This document shows, in pieces, positions 12,908 to 27,055 of a stretch of 64,000 nucleotides of DNA. The stretch is from Gekko japonicus. Lineage: Eukaryota. Positions within the stretch are counted from its first letter, which is position 1. Every line of letters begins with the position of its first letter. The translations under genes were made by a program, and so were the position numbers. The notes beneath the pieces are model-generated. The model did no database searches and was not told the DNA's origin. It was given only the letters and a program-made list of their open reading frames with translations. The stretch spans positions 4,417,886 through 4,481,885 of the forward strand of contig NW_015170887.1 in assembly GCF_001447785.1 (NCBI RefSeq). Reading direction: 5' to 3'.

Positions 12908-13529
12908 GCTACAGTCTTAACTGTGGTTAGTCAATTATTCTCTCCTAACTAATGTTGTCATGAAACTTTATAAGCAAAGTCCTGAACAATTATACCTCCC
13001 TCCCTCTATAGCACTATATATGTGTAATGGCGTCAAGGACCCTTGGAGAAGTAATTTTCCTAGTGGACTTTGAGTCCTTAATCTGGACATCAGGCATCAC
13101 AAGTCACATAGCTCATGTCTGAAACACTGCTGAGCATCATCTTTGGTGCCTGTGAGGGAGGAAAGCAGTGCAGTTTTTACCCCATCGTCACCCTCCAGAG
13201 AGCAAGATGGAGTCTCAGTTTCAGAAAGGTCAAAATAAACCAAGTTATTACAAGATTCAATTACCCAACCTAATTCCAAAATGAGCTAGGAGGAGGTTCA
13301 TCTGCCACAACATCTAGTCAGAATTTGAATTCAGGTTTTGAAACAGGTTTTACATTAATCATGATTATTGTTGGTTCAGGCATGACTGGTTTTACATTAA
13401 TCATGATTATTGTTGGCTAAGGCATGGTTTAACCATGGTTAAAGCCTGCAGTGGAAGGAGTGGGATTTGCAAACAAAAGAGGAGTATGAAAGCTACCCTA
13501 TCTGGTGGTCCTGATATCTCTTAGTCTTA

Positions 13530-13720
13530 GAAAACAAAATAGAAGTCCAGAGGAACCTTATAGATGAACAGTGTTTATTCCAGGTGGGGTAGCCGTGTTG
13601 GTCTGAAGCAGCAGAACAAAGTTCGAGTCTGGTGGCACCTTTAAGACCAAAGGTGCCAGCGGACTCAGTGTTTATTCCAGTATGTGATTTTGTGAGTCAG
13701 AGCTCACTTTTTCATATATG
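13530..13720. mobile_element. Penelope-like remnant
   Basis: GGTGGGGTAGCCGTGTTGGTCTGAAGCAGCAGAACAAAGTTCGAGTCTGGTGGCACCTTTAAGACC matches 50561-50630. Confidence 0.6.
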
Positions 13721-16700
13721 ATGGGGGGAAAAGAAAATCAATTTCTTCATATTTATCTAGAAAATTACAGGAAGGGAAAGATAGAGGAATTCACCTCAGA
13801 GGGGCCTAGTTTCATAAATGGGGTGTGGTTCTCTGTGTTAGGGACTTGAATTCCTAGGGTAGTTATAATGAATGATGAGAGAGGCCAGCGATTCTCGCCC
13901 TGGCTAAGGCGTGGCATCTTGCACTTCTCTTAAGTAGCCTTGAGTTTTGTTGCTGCCCTTGTGGTATGAAGGCAGTCCAAGAACAATTAAACATCCATAA
14001 TCCCACCTCCTGATAGTGATGTCTCACCCTTCTATTTTTTCCCCACTCTCCCACATTTTAAGGAACTATTTTAATTTTATGAAGTTAACAGGTTCTCACA
14101 GGTTAAAAAAAAGTAGGTGCTAAGTTAATAGTATTCATAGCAGCAAGTTGTGTGGGGGGGGAGAATACCAAAGATAAGGAACTGTTATCTCTGGTGCAAT
14201 TAAGCCACTGCCTGTCATGAAATCACTACGCAGCAGATGAATAATTAAATCCAGATGTCTTTCCATAATGATGAGAGAGAAAGTTGTAAAACCGTACAAA
14301 CTTTAGGAGGGAAACCTCCCATAGTAGGCATGCTTAATTTTTAACTTCTAGGACAATTGGAAAAATCCATCTGGGAGCTAATCCAATATATTGCTCCATT
14401 TAAAAAAATCAAATTAATGTTCTTTTTAATAGCCAGTAATACAAAGACTTATGCCATCAAGTAGACTGTCTGTAGTGCCGTAGACTCCACAACTTGCTAT
14501 TCTTGAGGAGCAATAACTTAGTTATCATTAAACTTCTTCGAAAATAGCTTTAATAAAGTTCTTTGGTTATCAGGGTGCTGTGTGTATGTGTATACACACA
14601 CACACACACATCTTCAGGCAGAGCTAAGTGTGAATCTGAAGCCTTTGTTGTTGCAGATAATAATAAAGTGAGTCTATTTCAGCCCAAAACCATAGTAATC
14701 CTTTATTGCTACAAAAGGGTGTGGGACTAAAATCCATTTGTCTGCTCCAGAAAAGCTGCTGAATCTACAGATTGCTATCACTTTACAGAACATTTCCAGT
14801 ATATTTTAGGAGCAGGATTTTAAACATACAAAATCCACCAATATGATAGGCGTAGGATTTCATATTATACCTGCCTCACTTATATTATTCCTATATGTTA
14901 CCATGGACTCTGAATAGAAGCTTGGCCTTGGAAGGCCTGTCTGAAGCTTTGTTTTCCAGCTTAAAAATTACCATCTTACCCAGTTACTTGGAGCAGTGTG
15001 AGAGGTCATTGCAACTTCTGTGGTGGAGATGTTTGGAGATGCTGATTTAACAGCAATATGACCCAAAGGGCATTGTGAAAAACCAGGTAAATATATTGCA
15101 ATGCTCTTGGCAGAACAGAGGAAAGTTTTTTTGACTATGGGAAAAGGATTGCTTGATTTGGTGGCCTACTTCGTGGAAATTAAAAGGACAGACCTGATTG
15201 GATAGTAAACTAAGTAGATGTACTGAAAAAGGGTATAAGAATGGAAAGGCGGTTTAATGGAAGCCAGGTCAAGAGAGGATTGCATCTGCACTCTCTCTCC
15301 GGCCTCACTTCTGTCTCCACAGGAAATTTAAGAAGGTGAGACCCTCTCCTTCCAAGCTCCGCATTGGGATTGGTGAGATGCGTAATTGCTACCATGTTGC
15401 TATACTCTTTTGTTATCTTTGTTTCTTACTTATTTTAAAACAGTTAAGTTCAAAATGACATAGAGTAAGAATGTGGACTGGGGGATGCACACAATGCATT
15501 TATTGGTATTAAGGGATGAGATCTTTGAAACTTTGGATATGGTCACAAGAAAAAGTCTTTGTTAAAATTATGTTTAAATAAATCTTATAAATTTATAAAG
15601 TCTAGCATCTGGTCTTCTCCTTCCCTGGGAGTGATGTCCTCTCCAGAGCAAAAATAAAAGATTATCTCTTGCAGCTAAGGGGTTGATCTGGGAAGAACAC
15701 AGGTTAACATAGGGTAACCACGGAAGTTTAATAAAGCAATCTAGAACCAGTTACTATACGGGTTAGGGGTGCATTCGGATACACCTAAGCTGAAAATTCA
15801 GCATTACAAATATATCCGGGAATTTTTCAGAAAACCAAAACCAAAATCCCAGATATATTTGAAATTTACCAGGATGATCGGGTGCCAGCATTTGCAGGCT
15901 CCCAGGGACTATTTTTTAATCCCCCATTTCTGTGTCTGAGTGTGTTTCAGTGGGGTTCCCAGACTCCTTTTGTCAATTTCAACTGTGTTCCATCAGTTTC
16001 AAGAGGGTTCCCCCCCTTGGCATTGCTTTGTGTTCTCTTCCCATTTTTTGCACACCATGTGCAAAATCCACACACAGAGAGACACACACAGAGACACAGA
16101 CACACACAGCTTTGTTCTGCTGTGCTATTACTTTGATTCTGTTGAGCTTACACTGCCACAGTGGCTCTGCGTTCTGTTGGGCATTTCGTACATTGGAATT
16201 GGTTCTGCTGAGCTTGCAAAAATGCTCCCTCCTTCAGTTTCTACTGCAGAGATTAACTGGATTTGCTCTTGGTTCTGAGTGACTGGTATTTGCAGGCATG
16301 GCTTTTTGCCCTGGAAGCAACAATGCCCACTGGTTGGACAAGGTTTGGAACTCGTACCTTAGAATATGTTACTGTTATTAAAGCCCACTGGTACTCTAAA
16401 CTGCCTTAAATTTAATGGAAAGGCAGCAGGATATAAATGGTTTAAAATTAATACATTTAGAAAAACACAGTTGAGTAAATCAGTCTACTGGGTAGAAAGA
16501 TGAAGCTCTTTTTAAGACAAGGGTGTAGGGTGTACTGGCAAACAATCCTGCCAAGGCATGTGGGCCAGAGGGGAATATCCTATTAGAAACAAACAAACAA
16601 ATGTTTTCCAGCAATTCCAGCACTTGTTTCTTTGGATAGATGATCAGACAGACAGACAAAGATTTTTACTGCACCCCTCTTAACCAGAGCATAAAATGGT

Positions 16701-17579
16701 GCCAAGTCAAAATTCTCATCTGTGGTTGTCTAGCATGGTACTAAAGAAAGAGAAGGGAGCTTTCTTCCAGCCAAGGCCATTTCAGCAGCAGCCAGTCAGT
16801 TCCCAGTGCCAGTGGCATGAGATGTCCTAAACCTTAGCAAACCAACTGCAGCAGCTGTTTCTATTTTTGTCAGGATTACATGACCAGAAGGGAAGAAGGA
16901 ACATTTTTTTTCTTTCCTGTCAACTGTTCCAAATCACAGTTGCATTAAAAAATCCATGCCACATATTTGCATTTAAAAGAGGATGCCATGCATTTTCATG
17001 ATGATTTTGTAGTAGTGTTTTTACTTTGTAAGCTACCTTGAATGGGGTTTTGGAAAGGTGGCATAAAGATCTCCTGTATAAAATTAAATGAATAATAATA
17101 AGACCTCATTTTAGATATCATGAAACTAGCAACAGGAACACACACCAGAGTTGGAGAATAATTCAGGGTGCATCTAGTTTCAAGCCTCCTGCTACAAATG
17201 GGTTTGTTTAGAAGAAAATAAGTCTTCTCCCTTCTGCAATTTCCTTAGTGGTTCAGATAAACTCCTCAACTTCCAGCTGAGAAAGGTGTCCTCTTCTGTT
17301 GGGAAGGCCAGGATTATGGTTGGGGGAACAGACAATGCAGCAACTTTGTTGACCTTAAGCAAGGCTAAGGGCCTGGGTGGGAAACCACACTGGAGCCTTC
17401 TGTGCCTGGCCAACCAAGTTCCATTATGAAAGAAAGGTGTAATATAAATGTAAATAAATATACTGTTATGCCAACTTCTCCAGGAAATTCCTGGAGACCC
17501 AATCCAAGTTCTACTGTTCTGCTAATTGAACATGCTGTGTTTAGAGTGCAAAGGAATCTATTTTGGATGTCTCACATCC

Positions 17580-18004
17580 CAGATTGGCTTGTCAGCAAGT
17601 AGTGGCTTTTCTCCTTTCAAATCCCCTGGTGCCAGGCCCCACCTCCCTGCCACCAATCAGCTGGCCAATGGGGGGGACTTATCCCCCAAAAGAGGAAAAA
17701 TCCTCCCACGCACAGCGACGTGTGTACATAACTGCCCACATGATCTGGAAGTGATGTCATTTCTGGGACATCAGGGGTGACACTCTGGTATCTGGGGGAA
17801 AACTCTATGGTAGAAGCCAAATTTACCATAGAGTTTTTGCCCAAATATCAATGCTTCACCTGGCATCCCAGAAGTAGTAGCGTCACTTTCAGTTCATGTG
17901 GGCAGTGACATGGACACATTGCTGAAATTAGATGGGCTTCCCTCATGCTCCAGGTAAGTTTCTCCGCATCCCCCACCTGCTGCCAGGAGAGACCTGGCAA
18001 CCCT
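17580..18004. mobile_element. hAT-type element (TAGGGTTGCC family), degenerate
   Basis: Right terminus CTGGCAACCCTA at about 17993-18004; internal GGAAGTGATGTCA and AAAACTCTATGGT...ACCATAGAGTTTT symmetry. Confidence 0.55.
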
Positions 18005-18811
18005 AGTAACACTGAATAATGCAATACCTTTAACAAACTTTTAAAAAATCTTCTCGTATTTGCAGAGACTCTGATGATCCCATCTCTACTGTCTAAAAGG
18101 CAGGCAACTCTCTTCTGTTATGCTAACTGTTGCTAAAGCCTTGCAACCATCAACAAATGAAAAGAGTAGCTGACTAGCACTTCACCAAAGTCCTGCAATT
18201 GCACTGTTTCCCCTTCAGACACATGAAATTGCTTCTGCTGATCCTGGCATGACCAAGGAAATGATTTTTTTAACAGGTTTAAAATAAAGCAGATTTTGTT
18301 TGTTGAAGGAATAGGCTGTTATAGTCTGTCCTCAAACAGAGAACAGTATTGTGTGTAAACATGAAAAAAAAAGACACACCGGTCAGTTGGCTGAAATGTG
18401 GGAAGCCCTTGCTGTGGAAACAGTCCAGGGATCTTCTTATGTTCTTAATTTTCTTTCATGATGACCCTTGCCAGTAAAATAGCTATTCAGCCCTCAATAA
18501 ATTGACGCCGAATATGGGCTTCTTCAGGCTTAAGGATGAAATACATCAAGTACTTCCCCCCCCCCCATACATAGTGATTATGATGGTAGATACCATAATT
18601 CCCAAGATTGTCTATTGTTTGTATGTTTTGTCTAAAGTGTCAGCTTGATGTTTAAGCATGTGGTAGGGCTGGGTTTGTACATACCTCCTCTCAATAAAAC
18701 CATTTGTTTGAGATGACATGTAAAAAGAACCTATGCACATGCATTCATACAAGTATATGCTTCATAAAGATGTCTGGTTCTTAATTCTTGAATTTAGGGA
18801 ATGGTAAATAA

Positions 18812-19151
18812 AGGAGCTGCGGTGGCTCAAGTGGTTAAGATGCTGAACTGCAGGCTGTGGAAGGTCAGTAGTTCAGCAGTTCAAGACCCGGGTGCCGCAT
18901 GACGGAGTGAGCTCCCGTCTCTAGTTCCAGCTCCTGCCAACCTAGCAGTTCGAAAGCAAGAAATTGCAAGTAGATAAATAGGTACCAATTCAGTGGGAAG
19001 GTAACTGCATTCCATGCGCCTTGGTGTTTAGTCATGCTGGCCACATGACCACAGAAACATCTTTGGACAGCGCTGGCTCTTCGGCTTTGAAATGGAGATG
19101 AGCACCACAACCCTAGAGTCGGATTCGACTGGCTTTCGAATATTTACCTTT
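18812..19151 (+). mobile_element. Sauria-type SINE
   Basis: Highly similar to 4022-4372 over about 330 bp; TTTACCTTT tail. Confidence 0.85.
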
Positions 19152-20403
19152 AAATATTGTTTATATCAGTTATAGACTCATTTAGTTCTGGTATTACTTT
19201 AGCAGTGTAAGAGTCATTGCTTTCCGTGTCCTCTCTATACTGCTCCACTAGGATCACAGCCACAGGAAGGGGAGTGAACAACGTGATGCCTCCTTACATT
19301 AGTATCAAGTTTTCCAGAAACTAGAGGGCTGTTGACATGGTTTTCCAAATGTTTCTATGATCAATTTGCTTCTGCAGACTTTGCCCGTACTACACTGATA
19401 CCAGAAAGCGCTGAATGTGGTATCTGCTTGATGAATCCGTCTGAAATAGCCTGGCCAGCGTAGTCTTGCCAGCAGTTTCATATGATGAAATAGGATTGCA
19501 TGAACTTGGCCATAAAATAACAACGTTTAAGCTCAAATGAATATGTGTGATTCTCTGTTATGACTGAGTCTAAAAGGGCCTATCACATTTACCTTGACTA
19601 GATCTGTACATGTTCTGGTAGGATATACTTGAAGATGCTGAGTGGTCTGTTACAATTGTAGAAGTGCTGCATGTACCATTATCACTGATTACAGCAAAAA
19701 AAACAACAACCACTATGTCTTTGTATAACTGGAAAACTTATCTGTATAACAGTTTCCTTCATCAAAGATGGCACTACTTTTCATTACCATGTAGTACTTA
19801 CTAGAAAGCCATTCAAGGGTTGGTAATAGCCATTTATAAAAGCTGCATGATCTGGTGGCTGAACTCTCTCTGCCAAAAAAAAGAGGGGGGTGTAGCATAT
19901 TTTAGTGAATCCATAATAGCAAAATTTGTGGGGAAAGTTGATGTAATCCCTTTATTTATTTAATGATGGTGGAAGATATTTTGCTTTCTGAGGTGGAGCA
20001 ACAACTATCACATCCCTCCCCCACATGCCTCACCAAATGCTGCCACCACTGCCCCCTCTCAGGAGCAGGATAATATAACTCTCCTTACTTCTTTATTGTC
20101 CCATCTCGCTTTAAAAACACTGCATCAAGCTGTATGTCCCCCATAAGGCTTCCTGAACTCTGAAGGGATTACTAACTCTCATGTGAGTTTCACTACCATT
20201 TTGGTTGCCCTGGCAACTGACAGCCAGAAATGGTGGCTGAACTCTTGCGTGAAGAAAAGAATCTCTCAAGAGTTTGACAACTGGTATGTGTAGCTTTCTG
20301 TGCTGATTTTAAAGAAGCTTTGGGGGAGTAAGAAGAGTTCTCACAACTATCTTCTGGGCCAGGGTAGCAGTCAGGCAGACAGCAGTCAGTCAGCTAAGTA
20401 GCA

Positions 20404-20645
20404 GAAGAAGAAGAGTTGGATTTACACCCCACTCTTCACTCAGAGTCTTGGAGCAGCATACAATCTCGTTTCATTCCTCTCTTGACAACAGACACCCTGT
20501 GAGGTAGGTAGGGCTGAGAGAGCTCTGAAAGAACTGCTCTTGAGATTACAGCTCTGAGGGAATTGTGACTGGCCCAAGGCCACCCAGCTGGCTGCATGTG
20601 GAGGAGTGGGGAATTGGAACCCGCCGCTCTTAACCACTACACCAA
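20404..20645 (-). mobile_element. Squam3-like SINE
   Basis: (GAA)n tail, ACAACAGACACCCTGTGAGGTAGG, CTTAACCACTACACCAA head on the minus strand. Confidence 0.8.
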
Positions 20646-21164
20646 TAAGACTTGGTCATCTTAGTGCTCAGCTTTCTCTCTTACCTGAAGCTAAGGCTGC
20701 CAGGCCTCTTCCTATGGTGGGAGGCCTCTCGCCAGCAACCCTCATTGCCCTCTGCAACTTCAAGTTCCAAGCGGCGATGGGATAATAAATATACACACAT
20801 ATACACATATACATTGTCTGTGCCATAATATCTTCTGGGGAAGACACAGAAGTGACATTGGTTAGCTCTAGGAATCACCAGATTTTCCTGGAAATGATGT
20901 CATGATGCAGATGACACAGCCCCCTGTGTCCCAGACCCCGAAGTCCCAATGATTGCCAGGTACAGGCACAGCCTGGCATCCCTATGAGGAGGCCAGTGAT
21001 TATTTAATGCTGATTTGTTATTCTTTTAGACTTTTGAGAATCCAGTACAAAAGTTAAGTGCCATGAGGTGGGACGTGGTGAGATGTATATCCAAGTACAA
21101 TGCCTTAGATTGGACTATTCCATTTAAATATTATTAGTGATTACCGGACTAATGCTTGTCTTGT

Positions 21165-21548
21165 CAGAGCTGTTCTTGAAAGAGCAGTTCTCAAAAGAGC
21201 TCTCTCAGCCCCACCTACCTCACAGGGTATCTGTTGTGGGGAGGGGAAGGGAAAGGAGATTGTAAGCCGCTCTGAGACTCTGAGTGAAGGGCAGGGTATA
21301 AATCCAACTCTGCTTCTGCTTGTACATAAGCCCCAGTCCAAAGACTTAACTGCCTACATGTACATAAGAGTTTAAAGCCAGTGTGGTTTAGTAGTTAGGG
21401 TATTGGATTAGGATCTGGCAAACCCAGGGTTTGATCCCTGCTCTGTCATAGATGTTTGCTGGATGGTTGTGAGCCAGTTACTCTCTTTCAGCCTAACCTA
21501 CCTCAAGGAGTGGTTGTTGTGAGAATCAAATGGAAGAGGGGAGAACAG
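21165..21548 (+). mobile_element. Two adjacent Squam3/MIR-like SINE fragments
   Basis: 21165-21320 matches the 3' half of 48267-48549; 21377-21548 is an older copy with a tRNA-like head. Confidence 0.7.
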
Positions 21549-21950
21549 TCATAGAATCACAGAATCATAGAGTTGGAAGGTACCTCCAGGGTCATCTAGT
21601 CCAACCCCCTGCACAATGCAGGAAATTCACAAATACCTGCACCTCCACACCCTCAGTAACCACTGTTCCACACCCAGAAGATGACAAAAAAACCCTCCAG
21701 AATTGCTTCCTGACCCCAAAGTGGCAATCAGCATTTCCCTGGGCGTGCAAGAAAGGGCCACAAGAACTAAGCACTGAGGCAACCCGTCCTGCCCTCCCTC
21801 TCATGATCTGCCTAAGTTCACACAATCAGCATTGCTGGCAGATGGCCATCTAGCCTCTGTTTGAAAACCTCCAAAGGAGAGCCCACCACTTCCCGAGGAA
21901 GCCTGTTCCACCGAGGAACCACTCTGTCGGGAAGTTCTTCCTAATGTTGG
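21549..21950 (-). mobile_element. CR1 3' fragment (ATTCTATG-tail subfamily)
   Basis: CATAGAATCACAGAATCATAGAGTTGGAAGG...GGTCATCTAGTCCAACCCC; related piece at 37170-37430. Confidence 0.8.
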
Positions 21951-24900
21951 AAGCCACTTTGAATTGACACTAAGAAAAGCAGAGTGCATGTCCATAAATA
22001 AATAAATTCATTGTGGGATCATGATCCACATTGAGATATATGCATAGATTTGTTTCTGCAGTCTGTGGAAGACATTTTTTGCAAAAAATAAAAGCACATT
22101 AGAAATCTCAGATCTGGTGCAAATCAGGAGAACTTGTTCCTGACTTTCAGAACTTGTTCCTGATGCATGTTCATTTTAACCTTCTACCCATTTCAATCCC
22201 ACTTTTTTTTGTTTTCAGTTTGTATAGACAGTCGTGTACACTCATACACCTGTGTATTTTTTAAAAAGTTATATTATCCTATTATAAAGACTCAGATGTT
22301 AGAACGTTTTAAAACCAAAAGCATGTAATTACTATATCATGTCACTATTAAAACAACTCTTTGCATAATAAAACAATAGCTCCTTAAAGCGTAATTTTCT
22401 TAAACATTCCTAATTCCTGCTATTAGGTAATGTTAACAGGGAGGTAAAATTCTTTTCAGATGAAAAGGCTAGTGCAGACATTTTCAAGAATTCATGTCTC
22501 TGCTGCTAATGGGGCGAAAGTATGATTGCTCTGTGATTACCTCTATTCATGCTTGGTGAAAGGTACTATAATTGCTTACCTTGGTGTATCTTCTAAGAGA
22601 AAACGTGTATATGTAGATCTTATTTTCTCGGTAGTAGCCACGTATAAGTACAGTGAATCAGACAAAAGGTGTAAAGTTGCACAGATGCCTTTCACTGTAG
22701 GGTGAGTTGCATTGCTTATTGTCCTGGCTCAGAAACAATAGTCAAACTAATTGGAGGTCTTTCAGGTGAGCCCATTTCTTCTTCTGCAGGAGAATAACCA
22801 GAATACTCTGATTCTAACTTCACCATACTACAGCAACAACAACAAAAGCATCACGGAGGACAGAGAAAGAACAGGGCCAACTCAATTCATTTTGCTGCCC
22901 AAGCAGTGGGACTACACCACAGGAAAAGCCATGCTCCCCTTCTTACGTCACAGCTGTTCAGCTCCAAGAACACCCATTTTTGGAGCTGGATGACAGTGGC
23001 ATGAGTGTAGGAACGTCTCTTCCCATGCACTTCCATCAACTCTTAAGGAACCCAGAATTATGTGGGAGGAGGGCACTGTTCTCAGACCTTCCACACACTT
23101 GCCATTCCATTACCAAGGGGCTGCGGAGAGTCTCTGCCGCCTGCCAGAGCCCAGGCACATGACTGGAGAGGAAGTAGCACACCCACTTCCCCATTATGCC
23201 ATTCCAGGCCTAAGGGCTTGCAGAGCACTTCTCTTGAAACTGATCTTGGCTGGATCCCAGACAACAGGAAAGGAGGTACATGCATTCTCTGCTGCTGCCC
23301 ACCCAGAATCTTCCATCCAAGGTGGGCTACAGAGACCTCAGGGTTTTTCAGAGAAAGTGGTTAGAAAGAGTGGGGAGGTCCACTCAGCTCACAGGATGAC
23401 CTTGGACCAGTCATTCTCTTTCAGTCTTACAGGGTAATTGTGAAGATACAGTAGGGAAAATGTATGCTGTCCAGGGCCCCTTTGAGGAAGAATGGGATAA
23501 ACATGATAGATCACCTAACCATTGGCAGCTGTTGAGGAAACTTGAACTGATGGGCTATCTGCCACACAAAGGAATCATTTGTGGCAACAAATGATAGGGG
23601 CTGACCCAACACATGCAAAGAGCATGTGCCATGAAGTGCCCATTGTATATGCAGTTTTGCTGCCCCACCTTCTAGTGCGGTACAGAACTGGGTCTTTTCC
23701 CTCTAAATGTTTGTTCCTCTTGCATGCTGAAGGAGCCGAGACGGGTAGAAATTGATACCAGCAGGAGTTTTTGAATATACTGTGTGATTTACCAGAGTTC
23801 TCTAAATATATGAACCAAATGTGTTTGCCATTTGAGTCTTCTCTTATTGTGGAAGGCCTTTTTTATTATTTAGCTCGGCTTATATGATTCTGCACACCTT
23901 TCCATGTAATGATCCATAAAACTTGTTTATGTAGCATGAAAAAAAGTGAAGCGATCCAAGTTTAACAGCAGAGTGAATAGAAGGCTTAATTAAATGAGGA
24001 TGTAACTCACCCTTATTGAAAGGACAAATCATTGCCATGATGCCCCAGCCTTTTCCGCCTGCCTGAATTGCCGATTTATCTGTTGCCCAGTACAACGATG
24101 AAGTCATACAGGTAGGCCATTGAAGTGAAGAAACGACAGCCGGCCTTAATCCAGAGATCGAGGATGATAGCTTCAAGGTGATGAGAACAGAGTGTAGTCA
24201 GTGGGAATGTTCTGGGACTATGGCAGGTTCCTCTGGGCAAATGTAAGACCCTTTTTCTAGCCAGGCATGACATCGCTTTGATTTATTTGGACGGCAGAAG
24301 CATTAGCACTAGAAAAAGCACTGCAGTAGCAGTATAAGGATTGCAGCGTATCCAGCTGATGCTGAAGAAAAGGCACAGAACATTTTGTCCGTTTCTATTC
24401 TTTTTAGGATTGACCCAGTTAAATATCTTTTCTTTCAACGGTGCTACATACTGTCAGATATTCTATAATTCACAGTCACTCCTGTGTTACTGTCAGCCCT
24501 CACTCTTTATAACATCATGGGACTGTTTGAGAGTGATGTCAGGACAAACGCCCCTGATTCCCCAGATCTGTAAGAACCAGATCTCTTCAGTTCTATCTTA
24601 ATTCTCTAACCACTGCATTATACTGCCATAGAAGCTGGAAATGGAGACAGGAAATGGAGACATGTATCCAACTATCTGCAGACGTTGTAGAGCAAGACTT
24701 TGAGGCTTCCCCCTCCTGCCGCATATGATCCCCCCTGAAATTTGGTCCTGAGGGTCAGCAATGAGAAGGGAATCCTCAAATGAGTGAAGGGAATTAGCAG
24801 CAAAATTCCTGCACTAAGAAAGCAGAGCCCACCTTTAAGCTACTCCACTTACTGGCTGGGCCCAGATCTGTTAACAGAAGGGTTACCAACCTCCAGATGG

Positions 24901-25854
24901 GGCCTGGAGTTCTCCCAGAATTACACCTCATTTCCAGACAATGGAACAGGCCAGGATTTTGTGGCTTCCGTGCCAATTTTTTTCTTGTGGGGATGCCATT
25001 ATTTGCCATTGTTTTAACTGAGAATAGGAAATGATAGAGGAAAATAAAGGGGGGGATCAAGCCCCAGGGCTTGAAGGGGGGAACCAGGGGAAAGCTGGGG
25101 CAGCACGCTGGGGAGCCCCACACTAGATCATCCGAGCCCAGCACCCAGACATTGGCAGTTCCATGGCTTGCTGTGCAGGAGGGGGAGAACCCAAGGCTCT
25201 CCCCTCCTCAAGCAATAAAGTGGTTTCTCCCCCTCCCTGACAGCACAACCGCACAAAGCAGCTGCAATAAAGAGCTGGGGGGGGGAAGAAGGGAAGAGCT
25301 TAGCCTTATGTCACCCAGACATGGCCTTAGTTGTTTAAAAATGATTTTAAAATTATTTTGAAGGAAATATTGTGGGGCTATCCCTTTAAGGGAGGGACAG
25401 AGCCCCCAATAGCCCCACTGTAGCTATGGGCCAGCAATGGAGGTTAGTTTCCCTGGAGAAAATGGCTGCTTTGGAGGGTGGACCATATGGCATTATACCC
25501 TGTTGAGGTCCCTCCTTTCCCCAAACCCTGCCGTCCCCAGCTTAATCCCCCCCGAATCTCTAGGTATTTCCCAACCAAGAGCTGTCAAACCCAGTTAATA
25601 GCTCCTCATGCCTCATTTGAAATATCATCAGAAATGAATTTATCTCAAATGCTGGGGATTCTCGACTCAGGACAAGCAAAAGGTTGTAATTCTTTATACC
25701 ATGCACAATTAACTTACAAAATGTATTGCCACAATGTGTGATTGTGGACATTAGCTCAAGATAGATGTATTAATGGTTATTAGCTGTGCTAAGTAAAAAA
25801 ATATGCAGATTTAATACAGCGGTAAAGGCCAATACGATATAATGGTTAGATACA

Positions 25855-25970
25855 GAGGCGTCAAACTCATTTGTTACGAGGGCTGGATCTGACATAAATG
25901 TGACTTTGTTGGGCCGGGCCATGTGTAATGTAATGCCAGGTACCGGAGATATAAACGTTATAAAGGACAG
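25855..25970. mobile_element. hAT-Charlie-like terminal fragment
   Basis: CAGAGGCGTCAAACTCATTTGTTACGAGGGCTGG terminus-like sequence; other end not found. Confidence 0.45.
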
Positions 25971-26569
25971 CAGCTGGTAAACTCCAAGTTGGTGTGTCCT
26001 TACTTCAAAGCCCCACGAGTTGGAGGAGGGTGCAGAGGAAAACCCACATGGGTGGACTGGAGAGCCAGCAGTGCAGATTGGGGATGGTAAAGTTTGGGGA
26101 GGGGAGGAAACTCAGAGGGGATGTGATGCCACAGTGTCTGCCTTCTGAAGCTGCTAGTTCCTGCATAATCTGCAGATCGTCTGTAATTCCAATAGAACTC
26201 CATGCCCCCACTTAACACTGGCCTTCTCCTTCCCTCTCCCTACCCGATATGACCCAGACATTCCCTGTCCCCACCAGTCAAGCCTCTAGTGTTCCATATA
26301 TTCCATGCATATGCTTGTAGAACAGATCCCCCTCTCCCCTCATAATGTTGATATTCCATGGGTAGAAAGATATCTGTATGGCAGGTATAAGTGATAAGCA
26401 TGGCTAGGTGGTGGGCAATGGCTGAGCCAGGGAAGGGGAGAGATGGCAAGAGAGTTTTTTGAGCGGGAAGGGGCTCCATGTCATTCCCTCAGATAGCTTC
26501 CCACATCCTGATCCCCAAGGCTGCAGTCGTACACAGAGTTATTCAGGAAACTACATGGGGTTTAGTAAT

Positions 26570-27055
26570 CGTCCTCAAGGTTGAGCTCCATATTATGCAT
26601 GACTGCATTTGCTCGCATACCATATGAAGACAGGCGCTGCCCATGCTCTATAGGAGAAGTGGAATCGATGTTCCACATATTCTTTCACTGTCCTTTTCAT
26701 CAGGTTTATAGGGATAAGCTTATCGTCCCCCTCTTGGATAGACCAGCACTTAATAGAGGGAAATCAGCAGACAAATAGCAAAATTCTGCTTGCAACTGGT
26801 AAAATTTCACAATAAGAAGCAGATAAGAACAAGTAGAATCCTCATTTACCTTTGCATGACTCATAAGTAGTTTAGTTTTAAACATCTTATAATTATTTTG
26901 ATATAATGGACTGTTAGACTTTTCTCCTTTTAACATTTTAATGATTTTAAGGTTATATTGTTTATTCTTAGAGCTGAAAGCTAACTTGCTTGTATTTAAT
27001 GAACATGTAATATTTTGATAAATGGTCTTTGACCGCAAATAAACATCATTCAATC
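26570..27055 (+). mobile_element. Non-LTR retrotransposon 3' end with CCHC-type motif
   Basis: RIPYEDRRCPCSIGEVESMFHIFFHCPF, followed by an AT-rich 3' UTR ending GACCGCAAATAAACATCATTCAATC. Confidence 0.7.
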
